Origin: a candidate division FCPU426 bacterium
Lineage (GTDB): Bacteria > Oederibacteriota > Muellerivitia > Muellerivitales > Muellerivitaceae
Assembly: GCA_963847625.1 (NCBI GenBank)
Contig: CAWKAR010000026.1
Span: forward strand, 64,001-128,000
Direction of reading: 5' to 3'
Length of the DNA: 64,000 bases
Part shown: positions 1 through 8,339 of the stretch, one piece after another
Position numbering within the stretch: the first letter of the stretch is position 1
Layout: every line of letters begins with the position of its first letter
Program-made: the position numbers and the translations under genes
The notes under the pieces: model-generated
The model's database searches: none
What the model was told of the DNA's origin: nothing
What the model saw: the letters and a program-made list of their open reading frames with translations, nothing else

Positions 1-245
1 AGTTTTTCCCTATTTTCCCGGGACAAGGTCATGTATTGGGAAAAGGATCTGCGGAGTTCCAAAAGTTGGGTCTTCAATCCACTCTCGCCGGAGGCGGAAA
101 GATCCAACTGTTGGGTGATTTTATCAAAGCGTTCCAGGATATAGCTGTCCAGGCCGCCGACCACGGAACGGTTGAGGAACCCCTGTTTTTGTTCCAAGTG
201 CAAGGGTTTCAATAAGTGATTGAGTTTTTGCTCGACCAGCGACAT
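1..245 (-). CDS. recG: Probable ATP-dependent DNA helicase RecG, N-terminal part (runs off window start)
   Basis: Manual translation from ATG at 245: MSLVEQKLNHLLKPLHLEQKQGFLNRSVVGGLDSYI..., open to base 1. It resembles the N-terminal extension of long RecG proteins, and rpmB-recG adjacency is common. Helicase motifs lie outside the window. Confidence 0.5.
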   Translation of the reverse strand, partial: MSLVEQKLNHLLKPLHLEQKQGFLNRSVVGGLDSYILERFDKITQQLDLSASGESGLKTQLLELRRSFSQYMTLSRENREK

Positions 246-451
246 TCAAGCCTCTGGTATTTCGGGATTGGGGGAAGCGCCATCATAGCATTTTCCTTGG
301 GAAACCGGCCCCCGGGGAAACCTGAAAATACCTGTTCAATTTCCGCGACTTTGCTTATAATGCCGCCCTTGGTCGGCTCCCCGGAAAGACCTTTCCTTTC
401 AGGGACGGCCGAAACCACCCAACCTATTCTAAAAGTTCGAGGAGAGTTGTC

Positions 452-769
452 ATGGCGCAAGTGTGTGATATCTGTGCAAAGGGCCCGATCAAGGCCCGCA
501 AGATCACCCGTCGGGGAAAACCGAAGAAAACAGGGGGTATCGGGTTGAACATCACCGGCGTGCATCTCAGGCGCCAGATGCCCAATCTTCATGTCATCCG
601 CGCCATGGTCGGGGGAAGCCCCAAAAAATTGCTGGTCTGCACCCGCTGCCTTCGCTCGGGCAAGGTCCAAAAACGCCCGTCCATCCGCAAGGCACCCAAA
701 GTTGTAGTTGCGGCCCCTGCCGCCCCTACAGCCCCTGCCGCACCCGCTGCCCCAGCCACACAGGCTTAA
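452..769 (+). CDS. rpmB: 50S ribosomal protein L28 (Zn-ribbon type) with Ala/Pro C-terminal tail
   Basis: MAQVCDICAK...RRQMPNL...VCTRCLRSGKVQK, with two CxxC pairs; GGAGAG RBS upstream. Confidence 0.95.
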   Translation: MAQVCDICAKGPIKARKITRRGKPKKTGGIGLNITGVHLRRQMPNLHVIRAMVGGSPKKLLVCTRCLRSGKVQKRPSIRKAPKVVVAAPAAPTAPAAPAAPATQA

Positions 770-843
770 TACCCAGATTTTCAACAAGACAACCACACCC
801 TAGCCATTGGTCTGTCTACATTAAAATTTTGAATTTTAAATGG

Positions 844-1896
844 CCGAATTCACGGAGTAAGTGCAACACTTCGCCGGAAGACTTCCGCCGGAGTTTTAAA
901 GCCCAAACATTTCCTGGGCCTGTTATTGAGCCATCTTTCTATGGTCCTGAATTCTTTGAAGGACACTTTAGCAAGATCAGTCTTTTTAGGCAAATGGCGG
1001 CGGACAAGACCGATAGTATTTTCCACCGTACCTTTTTCCCAACTGTGGAAAGGGGCGCAGAAAAAGGATTTTGTACCAAGCACGTGGTTGGTTTCCAAGT
1101 GGTTGGTGTTTTCGGTTCCGTTGTCATAGGTCAGACTCAGGCGGGCGTCTTGAGGGAAGCGGCATAAAGCGCGGTTGAGGCTATGACTCATTTGGCGAGC
1201 GGTCTTTCGTTTGAGCTTTCCCAACTTGGAAAAACGGCTTTGACGCTCGACGAGAGCCCGCATAGCCACTTTACTCTGACGAGAGACCATGGTGTCGGTT
1301 TCCCAATGGCCGAATTGCTTGCGTTGATTGGCGATCTCGGAGCGCTTATCGATGGAAACACGGCCTGGGATATGGTTTTTGGCGTGCTTACGGCTATGGC
1401 CAAATGAGAATCGTCGCCGGTGGTGTCGAACTAGGCAAGGAATCAGCTCAGTGGCTTCAGCATAAACCCACTGATAGATAGCTTCAGGACCAATGGTTTG
1501 CTTAGGCCGTAGGTGACCTAATCGACCTGAAATGAGTTCTGGAGACCAGCCTCGTTTCAATTGACGACGGACGTAGGCACGAATTCGTTTTGTTTTCAGG
1601 CGTAAACGGCGTGCTCGTTGTTGGTTGCGGTCAACATACCGTTGATGGGCTCGATGAGAAAGATAATAACCAGAACGGATAGGGGGAGCATTGCGCTTGA
1701 GTTCCCTGGAGAGGGTGGAAGGAGACCTCTTCAAGGCGCGTGAAATTGCTCGAAGGCTAAGACCCTTTCCTTTCAAGACGGATAAATGATCTCTTTCTTC
1801 AACGCTTAAATGCTTGTATTTCTTTTTCATAGCCGCATATCCTATTCATGCGGCCTTCTTCAGACACTAAGTGTTGCACTTACTTATGGAACTCGG
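844..1896 (-). mobile_element. IS30-family insertion sequence (copy A)
   Basis: Imperfect 28-bp terminal inverted repeats, CCGAATTCACGGAGTAAGTGCAACACTT at 844 and CCGAGTTCCATAAGTAAGTGCAACACTT (reverse strand) ending at 1896, enclose the transposase. Confidence 0.9.
850..1830 (-). CDS. IS30-family DDE transposase
   Basis: N-terminal HTH (YKHLSVEER...STLSRELKRN), WSPE, GHWETDT, TYDNGTE, SWEKGTVEN, LNNRPRKCLGFKTP. Confidence 0.95.
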   Translation of the reverse strand: MKKKYKHLSVEERDHLSVLKGKGLSLRAISRALKRSPSTLSRELKRNAPPIRSGYYLSHRAHQRYVDRNQQRARRLRLKTKRIRAYVRRQLKRGWSPELISGRLGHLRPKQTIGPEAIYQWVYAEATELIPCLVRHHRRRFSFGHSRKHAKNHIPGRVSIDKRSEIANQRKQFGHWETDTMVSRQSKVAMRALVERQSRFSKLGKLKRKTARQMSHSLNRALCRFPQDARLSLTYDNGTENTNHLETNHVLGTKSFFCAPFHSWEKGTVENTIGLVRRHLPKKTDLAKVSFKEFRTIERWLNNRPRKCLGFKTPAEVFRRSVALTP

Positions 1897-2049
1897 GATG
1901 TTAAATTGCGGATTGATTTCCGCACTTTAGAAATCCTCAATAATTCATAATTTAAAACTTAAAATTCAAAATTGTCTTCATAGGGTCCCCGTCGTGGACA
2001 GCCACTATTCCACAAACATTCATAACGTCGCATGAGGTATCCTGACGTC

Positions 2050-3135
2050 TTATTTTGTAATCGACCCCGCAGTCCCTTCCTCCACAAAAAGCCTGGATGC
2101 GGGAGCCAGATTGGTTCCTGAGAAAGTGGCCTGATTTAATATGGTTGTCTGGACGTTATATAGGGTCGAACCGGTGGCCACCGGATAGGCCGCCGAAAGA
2201 TCAGCCGGGGAGTTTATATCGGGCCCAATGGAAGTATAGGAATCATACGTGGTCACCGGCCCTCCGGTTTGTTGAATAACAACAATCCCATCCGAATTCC
2301 CCTCGTAGGTCCAAGTGATGGCAGTACCTGCCGCGTTGGCCGTAAGGCCGCCAGGGGCGCTGACCGATGCCGAGGTGACGGTTCCCAGGGAAGTGCTGAC
2401 CGACATCGAGTAACTTCCCGCAAGCTGATATGTCACGGCTGTGGAGTAAGAATACCAAGCCATTCCGTTGTAATTCGTTAAGTATGGAAGCGTTAAGGGG
2501 CCGCTTGGAGTGTTTAAAACCACCAAATCTGTGGTTTCCGGCAAACCGTTGACGGTAATCCAAGCAAAAGGAGTCATACTCAATGTTCCATCCCCCCAAG
2601 CGTAGCCCTGGACATAGATACCCGGTGGAAATGTGGCTGTTGGTGTCGATGTTGCTGTAGCTGGAACCGTATTGGTGATAGTTGGGCTGTTGGTGGGCGT
2701 CATCGTGGAGGTTTTGGTCGTGGTGTTTGTTGGGGTATAAGTAATGGTAGGAGTTTCTGTTGGCGTAGGCGTAGGGGTTATGGTAGCTGTGTTCATCTGG
2801 GTAGACGTGGCAGTTTTTGTCGGAGTGGAAGTGATTGTCGGCGTGTCTGTGTTCGTGGGGCTGCTGGTCGGGGTAGAAGTCGATGTAAACGTTGGTGTGG
2901 AAGAAGCCGTTGAGGTGGCCGTCGATGTGGGGGTCGAGGTGGAGGTGTCGGTTTGCGTACAAGTCGAGGGATAGCAGACACTGGTGGATGTAAGAGTCAT
3001 AGTCGGAGTATCAGTAGGTGTAGTTTTTTTAGCCGGGGGATTGGTGGGGTTGTTAGAGTTGCTACAGGCGGTCGGTAAAAGAACCAAAATCGTTAATCCT
3101 AAAAATATATAAACCAATAGTAAGATCGGTCGCAT
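2050..3135 (-). CDS. Lipoprotein with Thr/Pro-rich linker and beta-rich C-terminal domain
   Basis: Signal peptide with lipobox (LPTA-C), ~130 aa of TPT repeats, then a beta-strand-rich domain. Confidence 0.8.
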   Translation of the reverse strand: MRPILLLVYIFLGLTILVLLPTACSNSNNPTNPPAKKTTPTDTPTMTLTSTSVCYPSTCTQTDTSTSTPTSTATSTASSTPTFTSTSTPTSSPTNTDTPTITSTPTKTATSTQMNTATITPTPTPTETPTITYTPTNTTTKTSTMTPTNSPTITNTVPATATSTPTATFPPGIYVQGYAWGDGTLSMTPFAWITVNGLPETTDLVVLNTPSGPLTLPYLTNYNGMAWYSYSTAVTYQLAGSYSMSVSTSLGTVTSASVSAPGGLTANAAGTAITWTYEGNSDGIVVIQQTGGPVTTYDSYTSIGPDINSPADLSAAYPVATGSTLYNVQTTILNQATFSGTNLAPASRLFVEEGTAGSITK

Positions 3136-3250
3136 AAAATCCCCCGGGTAATATTTCTCAATGCGTTAATTTAAATTACCACACCATTTGTAATAATTGT
3201 ACGGACTTTCAGTAGTAAATAATCCTTAGTTTTTCGTTCAATTTGGGTCC

Positions 3251-4300
3251 CCCAGTTCAATAACGAAGTGCAACACTTAGACCCGGCAGAACCCGGGGGT
3301 TATCCTAAGTGCTATGAAATCATCCTACAAGCATCTGTCGTTAGCCGAACGTGAAGAAATTTCAGTTTGGAATGCTGAAGGCCTCTCCCTTCGGGAAATC
3401 GCACGCCGTCTGGGCCGTGATGTATCCAGCATTTCCCGAGAACTGAAGCGCAACGCCCCTCCTATACGATCTCGCCGCTACCTGCCCGCCAGAGCTCACA
3501 TGCGTGCAGAACACCGAAACCGTCTTTCACGTACTCATTTAAGGCTTAAAAATCCTGAGATTCGCCGTTTAGTACTGCGAGAAATACCTCGTGGACTCTC
3601 GCCCGAGCAAATTGCCGGTTTTCTTCGCCGGGAGAAACCAAAACTTTCCGTTTCCCATGAAGCCATCTATCAATTCATCTACTGCGAAGCTCGAAACCTC
3701 ATTCCTCATCTAGCCCGGGCCCATCGAAAACGTTTGCGACGTTGGCACACTCAAAAACATCGCAAAAGCCATATTCCTCAACGTACTCCCATTACCCAAC
3801 GACCAGCTATCGTTGAAACAAGACAGCAATTCGGGCACTGGGAGGCCGACACCATCATCTCCCGGAAAAGCAAACCCTCACTTCTGGTTATGGTCGAGCG
3901 CAAAAGTCGTCTGGTGAAACTGGCTTGGCTACCTCAAAAATCAGCTTTCCACACTAGAGCCGCAATCAACCGTCGGTTGGTTCGGATTTCAAAAGGCCTC
4001 CGCCGTACCATCACATACGACAATGGCTCCGAAAACGTCGAACATCTCCAGGTGAATCGTGTTTCAGGCACTCGTTCATTCTTTTGTTTGCCCTTCCACA
4101 GTTGGGAGAAAGGTTGTGTTGAAAATACTGCAGGTCTTGTTCGTCGCTTCTATCCCAAGAAAACGGATTTTGCTACTATAACCCCAGCGAATGTACGACG
4201 CGTGGAACGGATCCTAAACCATCGTCCTCGCAAGTGCCTTCGTTTCAAAACGCCGGAGCAGGTCTTTAGTCAAGGTGTTGCACTTACTGGTTGAATTCAG
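3251..4300 (+). mobile_element. IS30-family insertion sequence (copy B, different element from copy A)
   Basis: Imperfect IRs CCCAGTTCAATAACGAAGTGCAACAC at 3251 and CTGAATTCAACCAGTAAGTGCAACAC (reverse strand) ending at 4300. Confidence 0.88.
3314..4294 (+). CDS. IS30-family DDE transposase
   Basis: YKHLSLAER, SRELKRN, GHWEADT, TYDNGSE, SWEKGCVEN, LNHRPRKCLRFKTP; the stop codon lies inside the right IR. Confidence 0.95.
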   Translation: MKSSYKHLSLAEREEISVWNAEGLSLREIARRLGRDVSSISRELKRNAPPIRSRRYLPARAHMRAEHRNRLSRTHLRLKNPEIRRLVLREIPRGLSPEQIAGFLRREKPKLSVSHEAIYQFIYCEARNLIPHLARAHRKRLRRWHTQKHRKSHIPQRTPITQRPAIVETRQQFGHWEADTIISRKSKPSLLVMVERKSRLVKLAWLPQKSAFHTRAAINRRLVRISKGLRRTITYDNGSENVEHLQVNRVSGTRSFFCLPFHSWEKGCVENTAGLVRRFYPKKTDFATITPANVRRVERILNHRPRKCLRFKTPEQVFSQGVALTG

Positions 4301-4469
4301 CGTCCCCTTTCGCTACCTTCAGCTTTTCCTAACAGGCTACTTGCCCTGGTCTTTCACCAAGGGGGCCGGGTTTTAATAAACTACTAAGCAAGACATTTGT
4401 GAATAGAGTGGGTTTGAACCATTGGAAACAACTGGTTAAGAGTATTTTAAAGCCTAAAGGACTTAAGCT

Positions 4470-4874
4470 TTAACGAAGGGAGCGGCCGAGGAGTTTCCAG
4501 GTTCCGCCCTTCCAGGACCAGACGAAGGTTTCGGACGAAAAACTTTGCACGCTTCCCACTTGGAACGTCCAATTCAACTTCACTTTGGCGGTCTTGTCGT
4601 TGATCCAGGCCATGGAGGCGATTTGGCCCCCGGTCAGCGTGGCGTCCTCCACCCAGCTTTTTTTCAACAAGGTTTTCAAGGCTTCCGCGCTGTCGAAAGT
4701 CCCGGCCGACATGCCATAAACCCCATTCCAATCCCCCTGGACGACCAAGTTGGTGAAATTTTCCGTCATGAGCTTCAAGGCCTGTTCCCGGCCCACCTTT
4801 TCCTCGGGCGAAATGGAACAGCCCGCCATGCCCAGAACCAAGAAACCGGCCGCAATCAAGAATAATCGTCTCAT
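4470..4874 (-). CDS. Small lipoprotein, possibly NTF2-like fold
   Basis: Start re-assigned to MRRLFLIAAGFLVLGMAG-C (lipobox). Ends in WSWKGGTWKL, typical of NTF2-like lipoproteins. Confidence 0.7.
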   Translation of the reverse strand: MRRLFLIAAGFLVLGMAGCSISPEEKVGREQALKLMTENFTNLVVQGDWNGVYGMSAGTFDSAEALKTLLKKSWVEDATLTGGQIASMAWINDKTAKVKLNWTFQVGSVQSFSSETFVWSWKGGTWKLLGRSLR

Positions 4875-5166
4875 AGCCAAGCCTTTTCCGTTTTTCGGAT
4901 GAAAAATTTGCAACCTCTGAAAAAGTCGGCTTTTCGCCGCCTTTTTCAGCAACCATAAAAGGTAACCCCCGATTTGACGGCGCTCATAGGGAATATCCCC
5001 TATGTACCCGCAAAACCAAGGCCTGCGGAAATCTTTGTCCTCCATCGCGTTAAAACGCGATGGAATTCAGGACTATGCCGATCTCTTTTAGGCTTCTAAA
5101 GAAGAAATCGGTATGGGGGCGAAACCTCTGTTTGAAGCTTTATTTTAGTTTTTCAGAGGTTTCCAT

Positions 5167-5622
5167 CTATTTCAGGAATTTCTTCTCGATATCCCTTATT
5201 TCCTGAACCCTTCGGGCGTGCCGTTCCACATTGCCGAAGGAAAGCGAGAGCCAATAGTCCGCGAGTTTCACGTTGGTTTCCACGGGCAGTTCGCGCCCGG
5301 CCAAAACCAGCACGTTGCAATCGTTGTGGGTTTTCGTGTCATAGGCCATCTTTTCATTTAAAACCAGGCCGGCCCGGACTCCCGGAATTTTGTTGGCGAC
5401 AATGGTCATGCCCAAGCCATTCCCGCAGAGAAGGACTCCTTGGTCCGCCTTTTTTTCGCTGACCGCCAGGGCGACCTTTACGGCGTAAGGGGGATAATCG
5501 TCCTTGGGATCCAGCAGGACCGCCCCGAAATCCAGCACTTCATGGCCCGCCTGCCGGAAATGCCGGATGAGCGCCTCCCGAGCGTTGAATCCGGCGTGAT
5601 CGGCCCCAATGGCGATTTTCAT
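5167..5622 (-). CDS. rpiB: Ribose-5-phosphate isomerase B
   Basis: MKIAIGADHAG, DDYP, CGNGLG, ANKIPGVRA, HNDCNVL, RHARRV. Confidence 0.95.
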   Translation of the reverse strand: MKIAIGADHAGFNAREALIRHFRQAGHEVLDFGAVLLDPKDDYPPYAVKVALAVSEKKADQGVLLCGNGLGMTIVANKIPGVRAGLVLNEKMAYDTKTHNDCNVLVLAGRELPVETNVKLADYWLSLSFGNVERHARRVQEIRDIEKKFLK

Positions 5623-5631
5623 TGTCTCCCC

Positions 5632-6087
5632 TTATGCCGGCCCGAAACGGCCGGCGGATTTTAACAGATAGCCTTCCATTTTCTCGAAAACCCTGCGGTA
5701 AACCTCCAGCGGCTGGCCGATCGGGTCCTCCACATCCTCGATCCCCATGCCGGCATATTCGGAAAGGAGGAATACCTTTCCCTTCAAGTCCGGTAATTTC
5801 TTGAGGATCATTTCCTTATGCCTTTGCGTCATGGTCAAGATCAAGTCGCTTTCCAGGATCTCGGCCTTTCCCAAGGGCCGGCTTAGGTGGCCGGAGAGAT
5901 CAATCCCCTTCTCCAGGGCCGCCTCCACGGCTTCGGTCGTGGCCGGTACCCCGTCGATCGCCGCGAGGCCCGCGGACTGCACCGTCAGCCGGGTCCCAGT
6001 CTCAAGGGCCCATTTTTTCAGGAGCCCCTCAGCCATCGGACTGCGGCAGGTGTTTCCGGTGCAAACGAAGAGGATATTTTGTGGCAA
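5632..6087 (-). CDS. ywlE: Low-molecular-weight protein arginine/tyrosine phosphatase (YwlE-like)
   Basis: FVCTGNTCRSPMAE P-loop (Thr variant as in YwlE) and DP motif; ywlC-ywlE-rpiB synteny. Confidence 0.85.
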   Translation of the reverse strand: MPQNILFVCTGNTCRSPMAEGLLKKWALETGTRLTVQSAGLAAIDGVPATTEAVEAALEKGIDLSGHLSRPLGKAEILESDLILTMTQRHKEMILKKLPDLKGKVFLLSEYAGMGIEDVEDPIGQPLEVYRRVFEKMEGYLLKSAGRFGPA

Positions 6088-6114
6088 ATCATTTCTCCCG
6101 AGAGAAGTGGGGCG

Positions 6115-6786
6115 TTATTCCCGGGTCAACTGTTCCAGGAAATGCTCGACCCTCGCGACTTCCTCAAGGGAAACGCATCCGGTCCGGATAATGTGATAGT
6201 CATGCCGTTCGAAGCGGGCGACGGCGGTCTCTCCGCCCAGGGGGCAGACCCCGGCGTCGATGGCGGCGTCCACTGCGTCGAGGATCATGGGATCGATCTC
6301 GTCGAAACGCACCGGACTCTTGGCCCCGGAGAAATTGGCGCTGGAAACAACCAGGGTGTCCCCGACGTTGCGGAGAAGTTCCAGGGCGATCCCATGGTCC
6401 GGGCAGCGCAGGGCGACGGTGCCGTCCGGCCCGATCGCTCCTTGGGCCAGGGAGGCCACTTTAGCTTTCTTGATCAGGGTCCAGGGGCCGGGCCAGATTT
6501 TCTTGAGCATATCCAAATCCCTGTCCTTGAAATCCGCTATTTCCAACGCCACTTCGGGCCTGGAGATCAGGATGGAAAGGGACTGGTTCATCGGGCGGTC
6601 CTTCAACTTGAAAATACGTTTGACGGCCTCAGGTTTCCGCACGGAACAGCCGATATCATAAACGGTATCCGATGGGAAAACGGCTATCCCTCCGCCTTTA
6701 AGCACCCGGGCGAGTTCCAAAAGGTTCGCCTGCGTGAAAGGCAATGATTTTATGTCAGTTTCTTTACCGCCCATGTTCTTTGCCAT
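6115..6786 (-). CDS. tsaC: L-threonylcarbamoyladenylate synthase (Sua5/YrdC/TsaC family)
   Basis: FPSDTVY, KxR, WPGPWT, ALRCPDH, SSANFSG. Confidence 0.85.
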   Translation of the reverse strand: MAKNMGGKETDIKSLPFTQANLLELARVLKGGGIAVFPSDTVYDIGCSVRKPEAVKRIFKLKDRPMNQSLSILISRPEVALEIADFKDRDLDMLKKIWPGPWTLIKKAKVASLAQGAIGPDGTVALRCPDHGIALELLRNVGDTLVVSSANFSGAKSPVRFDEIDPMILDAVDAAIDAGVCPLGGETAVARFERHDYHIIRTGCVSLEEVARVEHFLEQLTRE

Positions 6787-7028
6787 TTCCTAAGATCCTC
6801 GTTAAAAAGCTTTATATCCCTATATCTTGATTTTCTCAAAGAAACCCGAATATTTCAGCAGGAAACCGTATTATTTTTAACAATTTCCCCCGAGTAAATT
6901 CGTTTCAACAATTTAAAAAGAAATGACTAAACAATCAACCCTTCAACGCCCGCCCTAAAAAAGAGGGACGCCGTCGAACCTATTAAACTTTTGACGGATA
7001 TTAAGGCATTAAAGTTAATGGTTAGGGT

Positions 7029-8330
7029 CTATTTTTTTTCGAATTTATATTTGTAAACCTTGCTTTTCAGGGCCCGCCAACCGATATCCTTGCGGAAATG
7101 GGCCCCTTCGAACCGGATCATTTCGACTCCCTGGTAAGCGGTGTAAAGAGCCTCGCGGATGTCATTCCCGACGCCCGTGACGCATAGCACCCTGCCCCCA
7201 GTGGTAACGGTCTTTCCGTCCTTTAAACCAGTGCCCGCGTGGAAAATATAGCAGTCGGGCTTCTTGGAGGCTTCCTCAAGGCCCGTGATGACCTTGCCCT
7301 TGGGGTAGGAACCCGGATACCCCTGGGAGGCCATGACCACGCTGGCCGACGCCCCCTCGTCCCACTCGATTTTGACCTCCGAGAGCTTACACTTGGCGAC
7401 CGCCAGGCAGACATCCACGAAATCGGTCTTCAGCCTGGGCAAAACCACCTGGGTCTCTGGGTCGCCGAACCGGCAGTTGTATTCGATGACCTTGGGACCG
7501 TCCTTATTGATCATTAACCCGGCATAGAGCACCCCCCGGTAAAGGATTCCCATGCGTTTCAACGCTTCCATCGTGGGCTTCAGGATTTTCTCCAGGACTT
7601 CTTGGTTGATTTCCTCGGTGACAACCGGCGCCGGCGAATAGGCGCCCATGCCCCCGGTGTTGGGGCCCTTGTCCCCGTCGTTGACCCTCTTGTGGTCCTG
7701 CGCGCTGACCATGGGCACGATGGTTTCCCCGTCCACGAAGGCCAGGATGGAGGCCTCCTCGCCTTCCAGGAATTCCTCGATGACCACCTTTTCCCCGGCC
7801 TCCCCGAACACCTTCTTTTTCATGGCCTCTTCCAGGGCCGCCTCCGCCTGGGCCCGGGTCTCGCAAACCGTCACGCCTTTGCCGGCTGCCAGCCCGTCGG
7901 CCTTGATGACGACGGGAATCTTTTGGAACTTCAAATAAAACATGGCCTTGTCGTAACTCGTGAAGGTCTCGGCCTTGGCGGTGGGAATTTTGTTGTCGAA
8001 CAGGAGTTTCTTGGTGAAGGCCTTGCTGGATTCAACCTGGGCTCCCGCCTTGGAAGGGCCGAACACGAGGAAGCCTTCTTTCACGAGATCGTCCGCCAGG
8101 CCCATGGAGAGGGGCACTTCCGGCCCAACTACGACCAGGTCCGGCTTGTTTTCCTTGCACCATTTCACCAACCCCTCAACATCCTCGGCCTTGAGGTCCA
8201 GGCACTGCGCGGCTTGGGCGATCCCCGCGTTCCCCGGCGCGCAATAGATCTTGGGTTTATGGGAGGATTTCGCCAGCGCCCAGCAAATCGCGTGCTCCCG
8301 GCCGCCGCTTCCAACCACCAATATGTTCAT
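7029..8330 (-). CDS. purD: Phosphoribosylamine-glycine ligase
   Basis: GSGGREHA, KADGLAAGKGV, QDHKR, GPNTGGMGAY, RFGDPE. Confidence 0.98.
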   Translation of the reverse strand: MNILVVGSGGREHAICWALAKSSHKPKIYCAPGNAGIAQAAQCLDLKAEDVEGLVKWCKENKPDLVVVGPEVPLSMGLADDLVKEGFLVFGPSKAGAQVESSKAFTKKLLFDNKIPTAKAETFTSYDKAMFYLKFQKIPVVIKADGLAAGKGVTVCETRAQAEAALEEAMKKKVFGEAGEKVVIEEFLEGEEASILAFVDGETIVPMVSAQDHKRVNDGDKGPNTGGMGAYSPAPVVTEEINQEVLEKILKPTMEALKRMGILYRGVLYAGLMINKDGPKVIEYNCRFGDPETQVVLPRLKTDFVDVCLAVAKCKLSEVKIEWDEGASASVVMASQGYPGSYPKGKVITGLEEASKKPDCYIFHAGTGLKDGKTVTTGGRVLCVTGVGNDIREALYTAYQGVEMIRFEGAHFRKDIGWRALKSKVYKYKFEKK

Positions 8331-8339
8331 TTCAATTCC

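Noticed and set aside
844..4300. Bona fide composite transposon carrying the lipoprotein
   Set aside because: The two IS are different elements, no flanking target duplication is visible, and copy A interrupts a palindrome whose other arm lies inside the putative cargo. This points to independent insertions.
4326..4380. Integron attC site (CCTAAC...GTT)
   Set aside because: There is no proper complementary GTTRRRY box and no integrase in the window.
4978..5080. c-di-GMP-I riboswitch-like segment (GGC..stem..CCGCAAAACC..GGCCT)
   Set aside because: It lacks the GAAA tetraloop and the 3' closing strand, and on the + strand it points into the end of rpiB with no downstream gene.
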